Under the pieces are notes generated by a model. It saw nothing but the letters and a program-made list of their open reading frames with translations, was not told where the DNA came from and did not search any database. Positions 26,201 to 37,900 of a DNA stretch of 64,000 bases are shown one piece after another (position 1 is the stretch's first letter; each line of letters opens with the position of its first letter). Both the position numbers and the translations under genes were made by a program. This stretch comes from Anaerohalosphaeraceae bacterium. Lineage in GTDB: Bacteria; Planctomycetota; Phycisphaerae; Sedimentisphaerales; Anaerohalosphaeraceae. The stretch covers positions 148,136-212,135 of the forward strand of contig JBNRMN010000067.1 of assembly GCA_050309605.1 (NCBI GenBank), in the 5' to 3' direction.

Positions 26201-26449
26201 CGGATTGTGGGGCGGCCGTTTGTTTTTCACGGAGACGGGCGGTTGAATCTGAAGACCTATCGCGTTGCGGTGGATCTGGTGGCATTGGGGGGACTGGCGG
26301 GAACGGAAACGGTGATTCTGGATTCGCTGCTGCGGGGACTGGGGTCGGCGTTCTGGAAAATTGAGATACGAGATGATATGCGCGATCCGACGATTCGGAC
26401 GATTTCGCTGCCCATCCTGCAATTGCCGCTGGACTTGCTGAGGCGATAG
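23231..26449 (+). CDS. AsmA-like beta-rich protein with N-terminal membrane anchor
   Basis: 1072 aa, N-terminal TM segment, internal repeats FPYRLEHMAG / FPYPLEHLTG, beta-strand pattern. Confidence 0.65.
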   Translation: MGKMRRVMRWLGRWLLRLAVWSAVTAGLAYGASRWYLPAVVQRQLSQRLPEAAVAVQGARFSGLGVLIKGLSVAEDESLLANSPIFFAERVRVSYTPGKLVQRQLSIGSAVVADAVLTIEYEKGKGWNVQRLGAVAGEASAAGLPLVRVERAAVRVRRNEAGNVETITAVGLNGRMAAAGDEGLYGFSFQADDRLALSGSWAEGTLRLGDGEVMHRLRLTGQLRMPRTRILDNAWNVDDVQLACAFDAESVEVERLTFRMGQGVGEASGRAKLLREGGFEASVDLTGFSLTDAPAVDAVVYGQSVLELLGPAASRFLNRFRPRGAGDVHLQVRGRWDHLREAEVYGQVICRDISVQDERFPYRLEHMAGTIEFSGRSLTLNRLVCRHGESEFAIEGGVDGFGPNAELWLRVVSGQIRFDEDVYRALGPEAKRLWFTFMPSGTGAIDHRYRRFGDGRRTRRLEVELIDAAVMYEHFPYPLEHLTGRVVFEPNWVMLSNVRAAYPDGRSVAISGTAAGSDDFSIRIHANRIPVDAMLLEAMMATQRDYLERFEIDGGMVSAEINVFADPSGERPFDYRIDTEVSADRFVYADFAVPLEDVRITAEAKPRTIELERLTGRSGQGRLSLSGRLTEQGVDPDLPGVCLDIEATAFPLTEAFWAAAERHIRADMFKIRPYGPVHVSGRWGRNLPEAECAPMDVTVVCHATPLRMDGQTAGEAFGTVRIEKQHVRLEHFRIEQAALTESLAAVMPDRMRQAYEPMDLSGRIDVSVSTAVLTLDEEGFSGLEAAGRLSMKEVKSRTTDFVERLNGSIEGRFSVDADQVVQELEAFYQMEGFRFRGRDIDRLSGQVVFDPNDGVLVSRNFSAVLGQGIANGSLTMDIQGSQSFLDYTLDLMFEGLDVARLVSAGQVFERNDTGERGKVKGTLSLQGRAGRSEMKQGRLIATVSEMRLGRQSLIGKVLTAIQFREPKDYVFNRMELDAFIRGDEAVLDRIRIVGRPFVFHGDGRLNLKTYRVAVDLVALGGLAGTETVILDSLLRGLGSAFWKIEIRDDMRDPTIRTISLPILQLPLDLLRR

Positions 26450-26569
26450 GTCGGAGGCTTGGATTTTGGATTGGGGTGAACCGGTGTGCGTCGGCGGGAG
26501 TATATTATAAAAAGCGGGAGTTTTTTTGTCTGGCAGCGGGGAAAATCGATAATTTCCTTCTGCAAGCGT

Positions 26570-26597
26570 TTGACGGGCTGTTTTTTTGTGATAGTAT
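26570..26597 (+). promoter_or_regulatory. Putative sigma-70 promoter with extended -10
   Basis: TTGACG-16-TAGTAT with TGn before the -10. Confidence 0.45.
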
Positions 26598-26660
26598 GGA
26601 GGCGGTTTGGTCGAAGATATCGATTAGATGTCGGTTTTTTTCGCACTCGTAGATATAGGA

Positions 26661-28901
26661 ATGGGTTTGCCGATGCGCTGGCTTGTGACGCTGTTTTTTC
26701 TTGGGATCGTGGTTCTGCCGTATCCACTTTCGGCGGCGGAACCGTCTGTGTCCGCAACGGCGTCTGAGGATGATCCCGCCCGTCAGTTGCGGATTTATCG
26801 GGAGGCGCTTCTTCAGGGCAGTACGGAAGAGATTCGTATCGACGCGGCCGTAGGGTTGCTATTGAATCGGGATTCCGCCGGTCGTGATCTGTTAATTTCA
26901 GCGTTGCGTATGCCTGATAACACGGCGGCCACGCGGGCTGTTTGTCGTGCCTTGATTAAGACCCGCGCCGCGGGCACAAGCATTGGTTCGCGGGAGATGT
27001 TTATGGCGCCGCTGGTGGATCTTCTGATCGGTGCTGACGGGGAATCGGCGCGGCTTGCGGCCGAGGCGCTGCTGGTTTTTGGGTTTGACGATCTCAGTGA
27101 CCGTCTGTATGCCTTGTCACGGGATACCTCATTGGACCGACGTGCGAGGCAAAATGTGATTTATGCCCTTCAAATTCGTCCGGAACCGGCGGCTCTTAGC
27201 GAACTGATCCGGCTATTGGATGAGCCGGATGCCGAAGTGGCCCGCGCGGCAGAAGCGGCGCTTCAGGAGGCGTTCGGTATTCCGGTGGGGACGAGTCGGC
27301 AGGTTTGGAAACAAATACTGGATGATTTGAGGCAGAAAAGCCCAAATGAGATTCGGCGCGAGCGTCTGCTGCGTCAGGAAATGAAGCTGCGTGAAATGCA
27401 GGCCGAGCGCGATCGCTGGCAGCGATTGTATCTCGAGTCGCTGGACAAGCAGTATGAAACCGCCGATGAAACGGCGCGGACGACGATGATCCTGAGTCGG
27501 CTGGATTCGGAGATGGCGGCGATTCGTGTGTGGGCGCTGGATAAAATTGATCGTTATCCGTCCGACGGACAGGCCGCGATGCGTGAAAAGCTGCTGGCGC
27601 TGCTGGCCGATGAGTCGCGTTTGGTTCGGCTCAAAACCGCACGGGTGTTGAACAATATGAGTGCCTTGAATCCGGCTGAAAAATTACTGGAGCGGCTGCG
27701 CCTTGAGGAGGATTCGGAGGTGGCACTGGCGATGTTTGAGGCGCTGGGCGAGGCGTGTTTTTTTGCGTTTTCGCCGGGGTCGAAGATAGAACTGCCCGAA
27801 GCGATTAAACATCAGACGCTCGAAATAGCGGAGACATATCTGGATTCGGATAATATTGAGACTGCTAAGAAAGGCGCCGAAATAGTACGTAAGTTGCTGG
27901 AGTTAAACGGCTTGCCGCCGGAAAAGTCAATGCATTATTTGACGCTTCTGGCCAAGCGTTACGAGATTTCGGTGCAGCGCACTTCTGCCTTGCGGGGTGA
28001 ACTGCTTGGGATGATGGCGCGGTTGTGCGGTCAGGGTGCTCAACGGGAGCGTGCGGCGGGGCTGTATCAGCCGTACTTTGTCGAGGCGATTGGGATTGAC
28101 GATAATCTGCCGGTGCGTTTGGCGGCGGCAAGAGGGCTGTCGAATCTGGATAAGTCCGAGGCGCTGAAACTGTATAAGCAGCATAATTTGACCCAAAAAG
28201 GCAGTGCGGCTGTGTTACAGCTTGTGATTGAAGCGGCCGCTCAGGCGGGGCGACCAGAAGATCTTGAGTGGCTGGCCGGGTTTTTGACTTCAAATGGACA
28301 TTCGGAGTCATCTATTCAGGCTTTTCGTGCGATTTGTCAGCGTGCCGGAGCCGGGATTTGTGCGGAGTGGGCGAATCGACTGGCTAATGATGGATTACAG
28401 ATCGGTCTTGTTCGGGAATTATTGGAGCTTGCCGAGCAGAAGGCCATCGTCGAAAAGAATGAGCTTTTGCTGGCGGATGTGCGAATCCGTCTGGCCGAGC
28501 GATTTGTGGAGCGGCAGATGCCCGATCAGCTTGCCGGGTATGTGCAGCGGCTCAAGGCCGCAGGCGGGAATCTGGCGTTTCCGGATGCTGTGGCCGGACG
28601 CGTAGTCGAGGTGCTGGTGAGGGGTGGTTTTTTTGATGCGGCCTGTGATCTGGTGCGCGTTCGGCTGGATCGGGAAAGCCTGCACAAGGATTCTGATATT
28701 GTGGTTAAACTGGATGAATTTTTCCACTCTGAGTTAATCCATCGCGAGGCGAAAGCCAGTCTGCTGGAAAAATTGTCGGGATTGGGCGGGTATGCCGAAA
28801 ATGGACTTTTTTCGTCTATGATCAGGGTTTGGCAGGAGCATGTGGCGGTTTTGCCTGTGGCCGTGAGCGCGTCGGAATCAAACGAGCTGCAAAGGCCGTA
28901 A
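26661..28901 (+). CDS. Exported HEAT-repeat protein
   Basis: Signal peptide; helical repeats such as LLDEPDAEVARAAEAAL, LADESRLVRLKTARVL, PVRLAAARGL. Confidence 0.75.
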   Translation: MGLPMRWLVTLFFLGIVVLPYPLSAAEPSVSATASEDDPARQLRIYREALLQGSTEEIRIDAAVGLLLNRDSAGRDLLISALRMPDNTAATRAVCRALIKTRAAGTSIGSREMFMAPLVDLLIGADGESARLAAEALLVFGFDDLSDRLYALSRDTSLDRRARQNVIYALQIRPEPAALSELIRLLDEPDAEVARAAEAALQEAFGIPVGTSRQVWKQILDDLRQKSPNEIRRERLLRQEMKLREMQAERDRWQRLYLESLDKQYETADETARTTMILSRLDSEMAAIRVWALDKIDRYPSDGQAAMREKLLALLADESRLVRLKTARVLNNMSALNPAEKLLERLRLEEDSEVALAMFEALGEACFFAFSPGSKIELPEAIKHQTLEIAETYLDSDNIETAKKGAEIVRKLLELNGLPPEKSMHYLTLLAKRYEISVQRTSALRGELLGMMARLCGQGAQRERAAGLYQPYFVEAIGIDDNLPVRLAAARGLSNLDKSEALKLYKQHNLTQKGSAAVLQLVIEAAAQAGRPEDLEWLAGFLTSNGHSESSIQAFRAICQRAGAGICAEWANRLANDGLQIGLVRELLELAEQKAIVEKNELLLADVRIRLAERFVERQMPDQLAGYVQRLKAAGGNLAFPDAVAGRVVEVLVRGGFFDAACDLVRVRLDRESLHKDSDIVVKLDEFFHSELIHREAKASLLEKLSGLGGYAENGLFSSMIRVWQEHVAVLPVAVSASESNELQRP

Positions 28902-28964
28902 TGGGCCGGCGTGATTGAAGGGGCTTGTTTTTTTGATTTTTTTGAAAAAATCAAATTTTTCTGT

Positions 28965-28993
28965 TTGATTTTGCGAGGCGGCAACTATATACT
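28965..28993 (+). promoter_or_regulatory. Promoter of the tRNA-Thr/tuf cluster
   Basis: TTGATT-17-TATACT preceded by an AT-rich UP-like region. Confidence 0.65.
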
Positions 28994-29134
28994 CTCCCTT
29001 TTGCAATGGTTGCAGGACGAAGAATCCCTCTTTAGAAACAGCGAGCCGATGCAATCGGCGGGTGGTGAGCAGGGTCAGACGGGTTGATTTCCGACGGACG
29101 GAAACAACCTGAAGTATTTTATTTACAGGCAGTT

Positions 29135-29207
<73 letters not shown>

Positions 29208-29361
29208 CGGTAATCCAAACAGACCGGCGGATATTGCGGGGCGGTTTTGCCCGGCAAGAGTCGGTATTTTTTTGAATAGGCGGCAAGCGATCAGCGGTTA
29301 ACAATAAACCAGGAAACTTAGCAGATTAGAGGAATCAACCGAATATCAGGAGATTGTAAAA

Positions 29362-30576
29362 ATGGCTAAGGGTGTATTTCAGCGTACAAAACCACACGTG
29401 AACATCGGGACTGTCGGTCATATTGACCACGGGAAAACGACGTTGACCGCAGCGATTACGATGCGTATGGCGGTCAAGCACGGCAGCGGCAATATCCGCA
29501 AGTATGATGATATTGACAATGCGCCGGAAGAAAAAGAACGCGGTATTACGATTAACACGGCTCATGTCGAATATGAGACCGCCAATCGCCATTACGCGCA
29601 CGTGGACTGCCCCGGTCACGCGGACTATATCAAGAACATGATTACCGGCGCGGCCCAGATGGATGGCGCCATTCTGGTGGTGGCGGCCAGTGACGGCCCG
29701 ATGCCTCAGACCCGTGAGCACATCCTGCTGGCTCGTCAGGTGAACGTGCCGCGCATCGTGGTGTTCCTGAACAAGACCGACCAGGTGGACGATCCGGAGC
29801 TGATTGACCTGGTGGAAATGGAACTGCGCGAGCTGTTGAGCAAGTACGAATTTCCGGGTGATGATATTCCGATTATTCGCGGCTCGGCCCTGAAGGCTAT
29901 GGAAAGCGAAGGCAGCGACGACGAGGCCTGTAAATGCATTGATGAGCTGATGGAAGCGGTGGACGATTACATTCCGGTTCCGGAGCGTGCGGTCGATCAG
30001 CCGTTCCTGATGCCGGTCGAGGATGTGTTCAGCATTAAAGGTCGCGGGACGGTCGGTACCGGTCGTGTTGAGCGCGGCATTGTCAAAGTCGGCGATGAAG
30101 TTGAGGTTGTGGGTTTATCCAAGGAAATTCGCAAGACGACCTGTACGGGCGTTGAGATGTTCAATAAGACGCTGGATCAGGGTCAGGCCGGCGATAACGT
30201 GGGTCTGCTGCTTCGGGGTGTTGAGAAGAAAGAACTGGAGCGCGGTCAGGTGATCGCCAAGCCCGGTTCGATTACGCCGCATACCAAGTTCAATGCCGAA
30301 GTGTACGTGCTGACCAAGGACGAAGGCGGCCGTCATACGCCGTTCTTTCCTGGGTATCGCCCGCAGTTCTTCTTCCGGACAACGGATGTTACGGGCGCGA
30401 TTACCGAGATTCGCAGCCGTGAAGGCAAACCGGTCGAGATGTGTATGCCGGGCGACAATATCGAAATGGCGGCTGAAATCATTGCTCCGATCGCGATGGA
30501 AGAAGGCCTTCGCTTTGCGATTCGCGAGGGTGGACGAACGGTTGGCGCCGGCGTTGTCACCAAGATTGTTGAATAA
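29362..30576 (+). CDS. tuf: Elongation factor Tu
   Basis: [29 protein letters not shown]. Confidence 0.99.
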   Translation: MAKGVFQRTKPHVNIGTVGHIDHGKTTLTAAITMRMAVKHGSGNIRKYDDIDNAPEEKERGITINTAHVEYETANRHYAHVDCPGHADYIKNMITGAAQMDGAILVVAASDGPMPQTREHILLARQVNVPRIVVFLNKTDQVDDPELIDLVEMELRELLSKYEFPGDDIPIIRGSALKAMESEGSDDEACKCIDELMEAVDDYIPVPERAVDQPFLMPVEDVFSIKGRGTVGTGRVERGIVKVGDEVEVVGLSKEIRKTTCTGVEMFNKTLDQGQAGDNVGLLLRGVEKKELERGQVIAKPGSITPHTKFNAEVYVLTKDEGGRHTPFFPGYRPQFFFRTTDVTGAITEIRSREGKPVEMCMPGDNIEMAAEIIAPIAMEEGLRFAIREGGRTVGAGVVTKIVE

Positions 30577-30688
30577 CGATTGACTAACTCGGACGGCGCC
30601 GCACGGGTGTGAGTGCGGCGCCTCTTTTAACCTTTCCGCGGCGTCAAGGGGCGGGGAGGTTGTCGTGTTTAGAGAGGATTAGCAGTAT

Positions 30689-30856
30689 ATGGCCAAGGCA
30701 CAGAAAACCGAATGGGTTTGGCTTGAGTGTAAAGAGTGCGGCGACCGCAATTATCGTACGCCCGTCAATGTTCAGGGCGGTGTGCCGAAGATTGAATTGA
30801 AGAAATTCTGCAAGCGCGACCGCACGCATACGGTTCATAAGATCCGTCGCAAGTAG
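30689..30856 (+). CDS. rpmG: 50S ribosomal protein L33
   Basis: Read manually: MAKAQKTEWVWLECKECGDRNYRT...IELKKFCKRDRTHTVHKIRRK. Confidence 0.95.
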   Translation: MAKAQKTEWVWLECKECGDRNYRTPVNVQGGVPKIELKKFCKRDRTHTVHKIRRK

Positions 30857-30864
30857 CGGCACAC

Positions 30865-30937
<73 letters not shown>

Positions 30938-31003
30938 TTTTTATCGGCACCGTGATACCGAACGAGACGACGGCGATCCTGTTTCTATGAGGTGGCATCG
31001 ACA

Positions 31004-31393
31004 ATGAATCTTAAGATATATAAACGCGGACAAGGCAAAAATACCCGTCTGTGGACCGGTTTGGTGTGTTTTGTGATAGCGGCCTACGGGTGTGTGGTGC
31101 TTCATCAGAAGCTTCAGGCGGCCACCGATAATGTGTGGATTGAGACGCTGCTTCCGGCCGGCGTGTGTGCGGTGTTTGCGTCGCTGATCTGGTGGCTGAG
31201 CAATCGTCCGTCGGTGGCGGATTTCCTGATTGCCGCCGAGGGCGAAATCAAGAAGGTCAGTTGGTCGAGTCGCAGGGAAATCGTCAACTCGACGATTGTG
31301 GTCATTATTGTCGTGGCGGTGATGTCGGCGGGTATCGGTTTTTGGGATATTCTGCTGGGCTATTTCTTCAGCGGGATTGTCGGTCTTTATTAA
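31004..31393 (+). CDS. secE: Preprotein translocase subunit SecE
   Basis: EIKKVSWSSRREI motif; located between tRNA-Trp and nusG. Confidence 0.93.
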   Translation: MNLKIYKRGQGKNTRLWTGLVCFVIAAYGCVVLHQKLQAATDNVWIETLLPAGVCAVFASLIWWLSNRPSVADFLIAAEGEIKKVSWSSRREIVNSTIVVIIVVAVMSAGIGFWDILLGYFFSGIVGLY

Positions 31394-31425
31394 CAGCAGC
31401 GGGCTTGGTCAAGGACACAGCGTCA

Positions 31426-31971
31426 ATGGCAATGCAATGGTTTGTATTACGGGTCGCTTCGAATAAGGAAGAGCAGGTGCGCGAAGCGCTGGCGCGGAAG
31501 ATGCAGGTGGAAGGCGTCGAGAGCGTCGGTCGCATCCTGGTTCCGAGCGAACAGGTCAAGCGGATTCGCGGCGGCAAACAGCGGGTTCATAAGCGCAAGC
31601 TGTATCCGGGTTATGTGTTTATGGAGATGGAGCTGAAAGAAGACGGTCGCGTGCCGGAGGATGCCTGGTACGTGATCAAGGATACGATGGGCGTGGGCGA
31701 TTTTATCGGGACCGAAGGGATTCCGACGCCGATGCGCGATACCGATGTGGCCAAGATGCTCAAAGAAGCGGAAAAACCGGAAGATACGCCGAATATCAAG
31801 GTGGAGTTTCAAAAGGGAGATATGGTCAAGATTCGCGAGGGGGCGTTTGAGAATTTTGAGGGGACGGTCGATTATATCGACGCCGAACGCGGTGTGGTGC
31901 GTGTGATTGTGACGATATTCGGTCGCAGCACGCCGCTGGATATTGAGTACTGGCAGATTGAGAAAGTGTAG
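31426..31971 (+). CDS. nusG: Transcription termination/antitermination factor NusG
   Basis: WFVLRV, KLYPGYVF, KOW domain, VTIFGRSTP. Confidence 0.97.
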   Translation: MAMQWFVLRVASNKEEQVREALARKMQVEGVESVGRILVPSEQVKRIRGGKQRVHKRKLYPGYVFMEMELKEDGRVPEDAWYVIKDTMGVGDFIGTEGIPTPMRDTDVAKMLKEAEKPEDTPNIKVEFQKGDMVKIREGAFENFEGTVDYIDAERGVVRVIVTIFGRSTPLDIEYWQIEKV

Positions 31972-32073
31972 GGTGTGCCCGCGGGGCGGTTTGCCCCTTA
32001 ATGCATACCTGGATTTTTGATGGGTTGAGGCCCATTTTGTGAGAGACAGGCACCTATTATCGGGATTTGTTCA

Positions 32074-32499
32074 ATGGCTAAAGAAGTAAAAGCGGTCATC
32101 AAGCTTCAGGCGCCGGGCGGTAAAGCGACGCCGGCGCCTCCGATTGGTCCGGCGTTGGGTCAGCACGGCGTGAATATCGGTCAGTTTGTTTCGCAGTTCA
32201 ACGAGCGAACACGGGACGCCGACGGAATGACGATACCGGTTGAAATTACGGTGTACGGGGATCGTTCATTTGATTTTATTGTCAAAAGTCCGCCGGCGGC
32301 GGTGCTGCTGAAGAAAGAGGCGAATCTGGCCAAGGGCAGCGGCGTGCCGAATAAGGAAAAAGTCGGCAAAGTGACCCGGGCGCAGATTCGCAAGATCGCG
32401 GAAACGAAATTCAACGACTTGAACGCGTATGATCTTGAGCAGGCCGACCGAATTATTGAAGGCACGGCCCGAAGCATGGGCATCGAAGTAGAAGGTTAA
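32074..32499 (+). CDS. rplK: 50S ribosomal protein L11
   Basis: [26 protein letters not shown]. Confidence 0.99.
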   Translation: MAKEVKAVIKLQAPGGKATPAPPIGPALGQHGVNIGQFVSQFNERTRDADGMTIPVEITVYGDRSFDFIVKSPPAAVLLKKEANLAKGSGVPNKEKVGKVTRAQIRKIAETKFNDLNAYDLEQADRIIEGTARSMGIEVEG

Positions 32500-32502
32500 G
32501 AG

Positions 32503-32637
32503 AAAATTTGAAATATGAAATTCTAAATCCGAAACAAGTGTCATATTCAAATCACAAACGATTCAACCAGATTGAGCGGAAGTGTTATGAGTGTTTGGAT
32601 TTGTTTCGAATTTCGATATTTGAATTTCGATATTAGA
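32503..32637. repeat. AT-rich inverted-repeat element between rplK and rplA
   Basis: ...GAAATTCTAAATCCGAAACAA versus TTGTTTCGAATTTCGATATTTGAATTTC. Confidence 0.6.
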
Positions 32638-32715
32638 CTGTGATGTTCTGAAAAGAACCTGCAAACCACGGCAGCGACGGTGGGAGCGAAACGACATTTT
32701 TTCGCGGAGAACAAG

Positions 32716-33402
32716 ATGCAATTTCGAAGTAAACGTTACAAGGCCGACGCCCAGAAAGCGGTCAAAGAGCCGCTGAGTCTGAACGAGGGCGTCAAGAAAG
32801 TGAAAACTTTTGCCAGCACCAAGTTTGATCAGACGGTTGAATGCGTGATGCATCTGGGTATCGATCCCAAGCAGGCCGACCAGATGATTCGCGGCGCAAT
32901 CAGTCTGCCGCACGGTATCGGCAAATCGCGTCGTGTGGTCGCCTTTTGCGACGATTCGGAGGTCGAAGCGGCCCTGGCCGCCGGTGCGATTGAGGCCGGC
33001 AGCGATGAGCTGATCAAGAAGATTTCAGACGGCTGGCTGGATTTTGATGTGGCGATTGCCTCACCGAAGGTGATGGGCAAAGTCGGCAAACTGGGTCGAG
33101 TGCTCGGCCCGCAGGGCAAGATGCCTTCGCCCAAGAACGGGACGGTGACGGCCGATGTGGTGACGGCCATCAAGGAATTTGCGGCCGGCAAGGTCGAGTT
33201 TCGCAATGATTCGGGTGGCAATGTGCACGGCGTGGTCGGCAAGCTGAGTTTTGACGACGCGAAGCTGAAGGAGAATATCCAGGCGTTTATCGATCACATT
33301 AAACGCAGCAAGCCCAGCGGCGCCAAAGGGACGTATATCAAAAAGGTGTGTATCAGCGCGACGATGAGTCCGTCGGTGGTGCTGGACGTGGGTGGTGCGT
33401 AA
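32716..33402 (+). CDS. rplA: 50S ribosomal protein L1
   Basis: [29 protein letters not shown]. Confidence 0.98.
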   Translation: MQFRSKRYKADAQKAVKEPLSLNEGVKKVKTFASTKFDQTVECVMHLGIDPKQADQMIRGAISLPHGIGKSRRVVAFCDDSEVEAALAAGAIEAGSDELIKKISDGWLDFDVAIASPKVMGKVGKLGRVLGPQGKMPSPKNGTVTADVVTAIKEFAAGKVEFRNDSGGNVHGVVGKLSFDDAKLKENIQAFIDHIKRSKPSGAKGTYIKKVCISATMSPSVVLDVGGA

Positions 33403-33439
33403 GAATAACATAAACAGTCAACGGTAAAAAGGCCAAAGT

Positions 33440-33973
33440 ATGAGTTATTTTGTAAAAGAACTGATTCAGAGCGATTACAGCGCGAAGTTTGCCGGGATGA
33501 CGGAGTTTGTGGTGATTTCCACGATGGGCGTCAGCGGGATCAATAACAATGTGATGCGCGGCGAGTTGAAGCAAAAGGGGATGCGTGCGGTTGTCGTTCG
33601 CAACAATTTGATGCGTCGGGCATTGGATGAGCTGGGGTTGTCGCCGGCTGCCGGGTTGTTCGCGTCGGGGCAGTGTACGGTGGTGTTCGGCGGCGACGGG
33701 GCCGGCAGCGTCGCCAAGGAAGTGGTCGAATGGGCTAAAAAGCTCAAGACGATTCAGCTCAAAGGCGCGTTCGTTGAAGGTACCGTGATGGACGGCGAAG
33801 CGGGCGTCAAGGCGCTGGCGGCGATGCCGACGCGAGCCGAGCTTCAGGGTCGCGTGGTGCAAATTGCTCTCTCGCCGGGCAGCAACGTGGCCGGGGCGAT
33901 TTTGGGCGCTGGCAGTACGATTGCCGGCTGCATCAAGAGCCTGATCGAGCAGCGCGAAAAAGAAGCGGCATAA
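33440..33973 (+). CDS. rplJ: 50S ribosomal protein L10
   Basis: VVRNNLMRRAL, LAAMPTRAEL; gene order. Confidence 0.95.
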   Translation: MSYFVKELIQSDYSAKFAGMTEFVVISTMGVSGINNNVMRGELKQKGMRAVVVRNNLMRRALDELGLSPAAGLFASGQCTVVFGGDGAGSVAKEVVEWAKKLKTIQLKGAFVEGTVMDGEAGVKALAAMPTRAELQGRVVQIALSPGSNVAGAILGAGSTIAGCIKSLIEQREKEAA

Positions 33974-34216
33974 GTAAATTAAAAAGGCAAAAGGCAGATG
34001 GCAAACGTGTGGAGCCGACCTTTGGCCGCGGATGTTTTGATTTAAGGTCAGTCATTTGAAGCTTGGGATTTGAGGTGACGGATAGCGCCAAGCTCAAATC
34101 CAAGAGCTAAGAACTAAGAACTAATTCGGATTGCTGCAGAGTTGCCCGAGCAAGCGGTTAAACGGACGGCGGAGTCCGGCTACTTTGCGGCGCAGTGTAT
34201 AACAGGAGTTTATAAA

Positions 34217-34618
34217 ATGTCGGAACGTGAATTTGCAGCGGACATCAAAGAACTGGGAGACAAGATTGCGGGGTTGACCCTGATTCAGGCCAAGGAACTG
34301 GCGGATTATCTGAAGGACGCCTATGACATCGAGCCGGCTTCGGGCGGCGCGGTGATGGTGGCCGGTCCGGCGGCGGGCGGCGGCGAAGGCGATCAGGCCG
34401 AAGAGAAGACCAGCTTTACGGTGATGCTCAAGAGCATCGGCGATAAGAAGATCCAGGTGATCAAGGAAGTGCGCGCCCTGACCAATCTGGGGCTGAAGGA
34501 AGCCAAAGACCTGGTCGATGGCGCTCCCAAGCCTGTCAAGGAAAACGTCAGCAAGGACGAGGCCGAGGCGGCCAAGAAGCAGCTTGAAGAAGCCGGCGCG
34601 ACGGTGGAACTGGTTTAA
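34217..34618 (+). CDS. rplL: 50S ribosomal protein L7/L12
   Basis: [27 protein letters not shown]; start after AGGAG. Confidence 0.98.
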   Translation: MSEREFAADIKELGDKIAGLTLIQAKELADYLKDAYDIEPASGGAVMVAGPAAGGGEGDQAEEKTSFTVMLKSIGDKKIQVIKEVRALTNLGLKEAKDLVDGAPKPVKENVSKDEAEAAKKQLEEAGATVELV

Positions 34619-34923
34619 CGGTGTTGATGGGTACGGAGGTTTTATGCCGCGCGGCCGGTTGAACCGGCGCGGCCGGAATAACGAGGCAGCGACCGCGTTG
34701 TTCGAAATAAAGACCGATAACATAAGCCCGAACGGCGGCCGGGACAAACGTTCCGGCCGCTGCGGGTCTTGATGTTTTTAGGGGGCAGGCGGGCGGTTGT
34801 CACGGAACCGGGACGCTTGTGCCTTGAAATTCGGATTCCGAGTTGAGCGTTTTGTCGATAAGCGCTGTTTGTGTAATTATTCAATAGTTAATGAACGCAT
34901 CAAGCATAATGGAGACTGGTCGC

Positions 34924-37900
34924 ATGAGATCACGAACACTCCGTAATTTTGCGAAAATCGCGGATGCCATTGAAGTTCCCGATCTGATAGAAGTGCAGCT
35001 GAAAGGCTACGAGCGTTTTCTGCAGTCCGATGCGGCGCCGGATCAGCGCGCCGATATCGGTCTGGAGTCGCTGTTTCGGGAAGTGTTTCCGATCGTCAGC
35101 TATGACAAGACGGTTGAGCTGGAATATCTGGGCTACGAGCTGGAGAAGCCGCGTTATACCATTGAACAGTGCAAGGAATTGCGTCTGAGCTATGCCTATC
35201 CGCTGAAAGTGCACTGTCGGCTGAAACGCAAGGATGCGCCCGATGTGGCCGAGCAGGGGATTTATCTGGGCGAGATTCCGGCGATGATCGGCGGCGGCGA
35301 GTTTATCATCAACGGGGCCGAGCGTGTCATCGTCAATCAGCTTCACCGCAGTCCGGGTGTGGATTTTGTGATTGACAACAAGGACGGCGACCGGCTGCTG
35401 CACGGGGCGCGGATTATTCCCGAACGCGGAAGCTGGATCGAGATGAGCGTGACCAAAAAAGACGTGCTGGTGATTCGCATTGACCAGTCCAGCAAGATTC
35501 CGGCCACGGCGTTTCTGCGGGCGATGGATGAAAAATACGGCAAGACCGAAGAGATTCTGCGTCTGTTTTACAAGACCCAGAAGATCAAGACCAAGAAGCT
35601 GGAGCCGACGATGTGGGCGGTCGGGCCGGTTGTCGATACCGAAACCGGCGAGATTCTCGTGGAGGCCGGCACGCAGATCGGCGATGCGATTACGGCGCTT
35701 CAGGCCAGCAGTCTGGACGCGGTGGAAGTGATTGCTCAAGTGCTTGATCCGCTGGTACTGAATACGGTTGCCGAGGACGGTTGTGAGACGCATGATGAGG
35801 CATTGCTGAAGATTTATTCGCGTCTGCGTCCGGGCAACCCGGCCAATCTTGAGAAGGCCAAACAGCTCTTTGAGGAGAAATTCTACGATACCAATCGGTA
35901 TCGTCTCGGTGCGGTCGGTCGATTTCGTCTGAATCGCAAGTTCGGCACCGACATTGAGTTGAGCGAGATGCGGTTGTGTGCTGAGGACTTTTTGCAGACG
36001 ATGAAGTATATTCTCGGCCTGCGCAACGGCGAAGGGGAGATTGACGATATTGACCATCTGGGCAACCGTCGGGTACGGACGATTGATGAGCTGGCGGCCG
36101 GCGAGGTGCGCAAAGGCCTGCTCAAGCTGCGGCGAACGGTCCAGGAACGGATGAGTATGAAATCGCCCGAAGAGATCGCGCGGATCGCGGATCTGGTCAA
36201 CAGCAAGAGCGTTTCGAGCAGCATTGAGTTTTTCTTCGGTCGGGGTGAACTGAGTCAGGTGGTCGATCAGACCAATGCGCTGAGTCAGTTGACGCATGAA
36301 CGGCGTTTGAGTGCACTGGGGCCGGGCGGGTTGAACCGCAAACGCGCCGGCTTTGAGGTGCGCGACGTGCACATCAGTCACTACGGCCGTGTGTGTCCGA
36401 TTGAGACGCCGGAAGGGACGAACATCGGGCTGATCGTGTCGCTGGGGATATTCTCCAAGGTCGATGAATACGGCTTTTTGATTACGCCGTATCGCAAGGT
36501 CAAAAATAAGCAGGTCGTCGATGAAATTGCTTATCTGCGGGCCGACGAGGAAATGAAGGCGATTTTTGCGCCGCCGAGTATGGTCGATACCTCGACCAAT
36601 CGACTGCACGAAGGGCTGGTGCTGGCGCGGCAGGAAGGCGACTTGACGCAGGTGGACAGCAGTCAGGTCGATTATGTTGACGTCTCGCCGCGACAGACGG
36701 TGGGTGTTTCAGCGGCGTTGATTCCGTTTTTGGAGCACGACGACGCCAACCGCGCGCTGATGGGGTCCAATATGCAGCGTCAGTCGGTGCCGCTGCTGAC
36801 CACCGAGCCGCCGCTGGTGGGGACGGGTATGGAAGTGGAAGTAGCCAGGCATTCGAGCATGGTCGTGCGGGCGCGACAGGCCGGGACGGTCACGGCGGTT
36901 GATGGGTCGTGCATCGTGATTGATCAAACCGATGAGTATCCGCTCAGGAAGTTTGTCGGTCTGAATGAGCGGACGTGTCTGAATCAAAGGCCCGTCGTGA
37001 CGCTGGGCCAAAAGGTTGAAAAGGGCCAGATCATCGCCGACGGCGGAGGCACCAGCGAGGGAGTGCTGGCGCTGGGACGGAATGTGCTGGCGGCATTTGT
37101 GCCGTTTGACGGGTATAACTTCGAGGATGCGATTTTGATCAGCGAACGGCTGGTCAAAGACGACGTGTTCACGAGTGTTCATATTGATGAGTTCAGCATT
37201 GAAGTGCGCGAGACCAAGCTGGGGCGTGAAGAATTCACGCGGGATATTCCCAACGTCAGCGAAAAGGCGCTGCGCAATCTGGATGAATACGGCGTCGTCC
37301 GCGAAGGGACGCGGGTTGCGCCGGGCGATATTCTGGTCGGCAAGGTGTCGCCCAAGAGCAAGACCGAACTGACGCCGGAAGAAAAGCTGCTGCATGCGAT
37401 TTTCGGACGCGCCGGCGAAGATGTCAAAAACGATTCACTGGAGGTGCCGCACGGCTACGAAGGCGTGGTCATCAAGACGCGGCATTTCCGCCGTCGGGCT
37501 GCCGAGACCGACGAGCAGCGCAAGCTCCTCAAAGAGCAGATGAAGCGCCGCGAGCGCGAAATGACCGCCCGCGAATGCGAGGTGTTCAAACGGATGATGG
37601 AGACGATTCATTCGGAGCTGCAGATTGAGGTGGTCGATCCGACCAGTCGTCAGAAGGTCGGCGCCAGCGACGATGTGGATGTGATTTATGAGCAGATTGA
37701 AAACTTTGATATTGAATGGGTCAAGCCTGCATCCAAACGCGGCGACGCGCAGAAGATCGTCGATCGGTATTGGCCCAAGCTGGTGGAACTGAAAGACCAG
37801 AAGAAGCGCGAGCTGGAGCGGCTCAAACACGGCGACGAGCTGCCCAGCGGGGTGCTGGAGATGGTCAAGGTTTATATTGCGACCAAACGGACGTTGTCGG

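Noticed and set aside
29000..29134. Additional tRNA (Tyr/Gly) upstream of tRNA-Thr
   Set aside because: Small hairpins are present but there is no cloverleaf or T-loop consensus.
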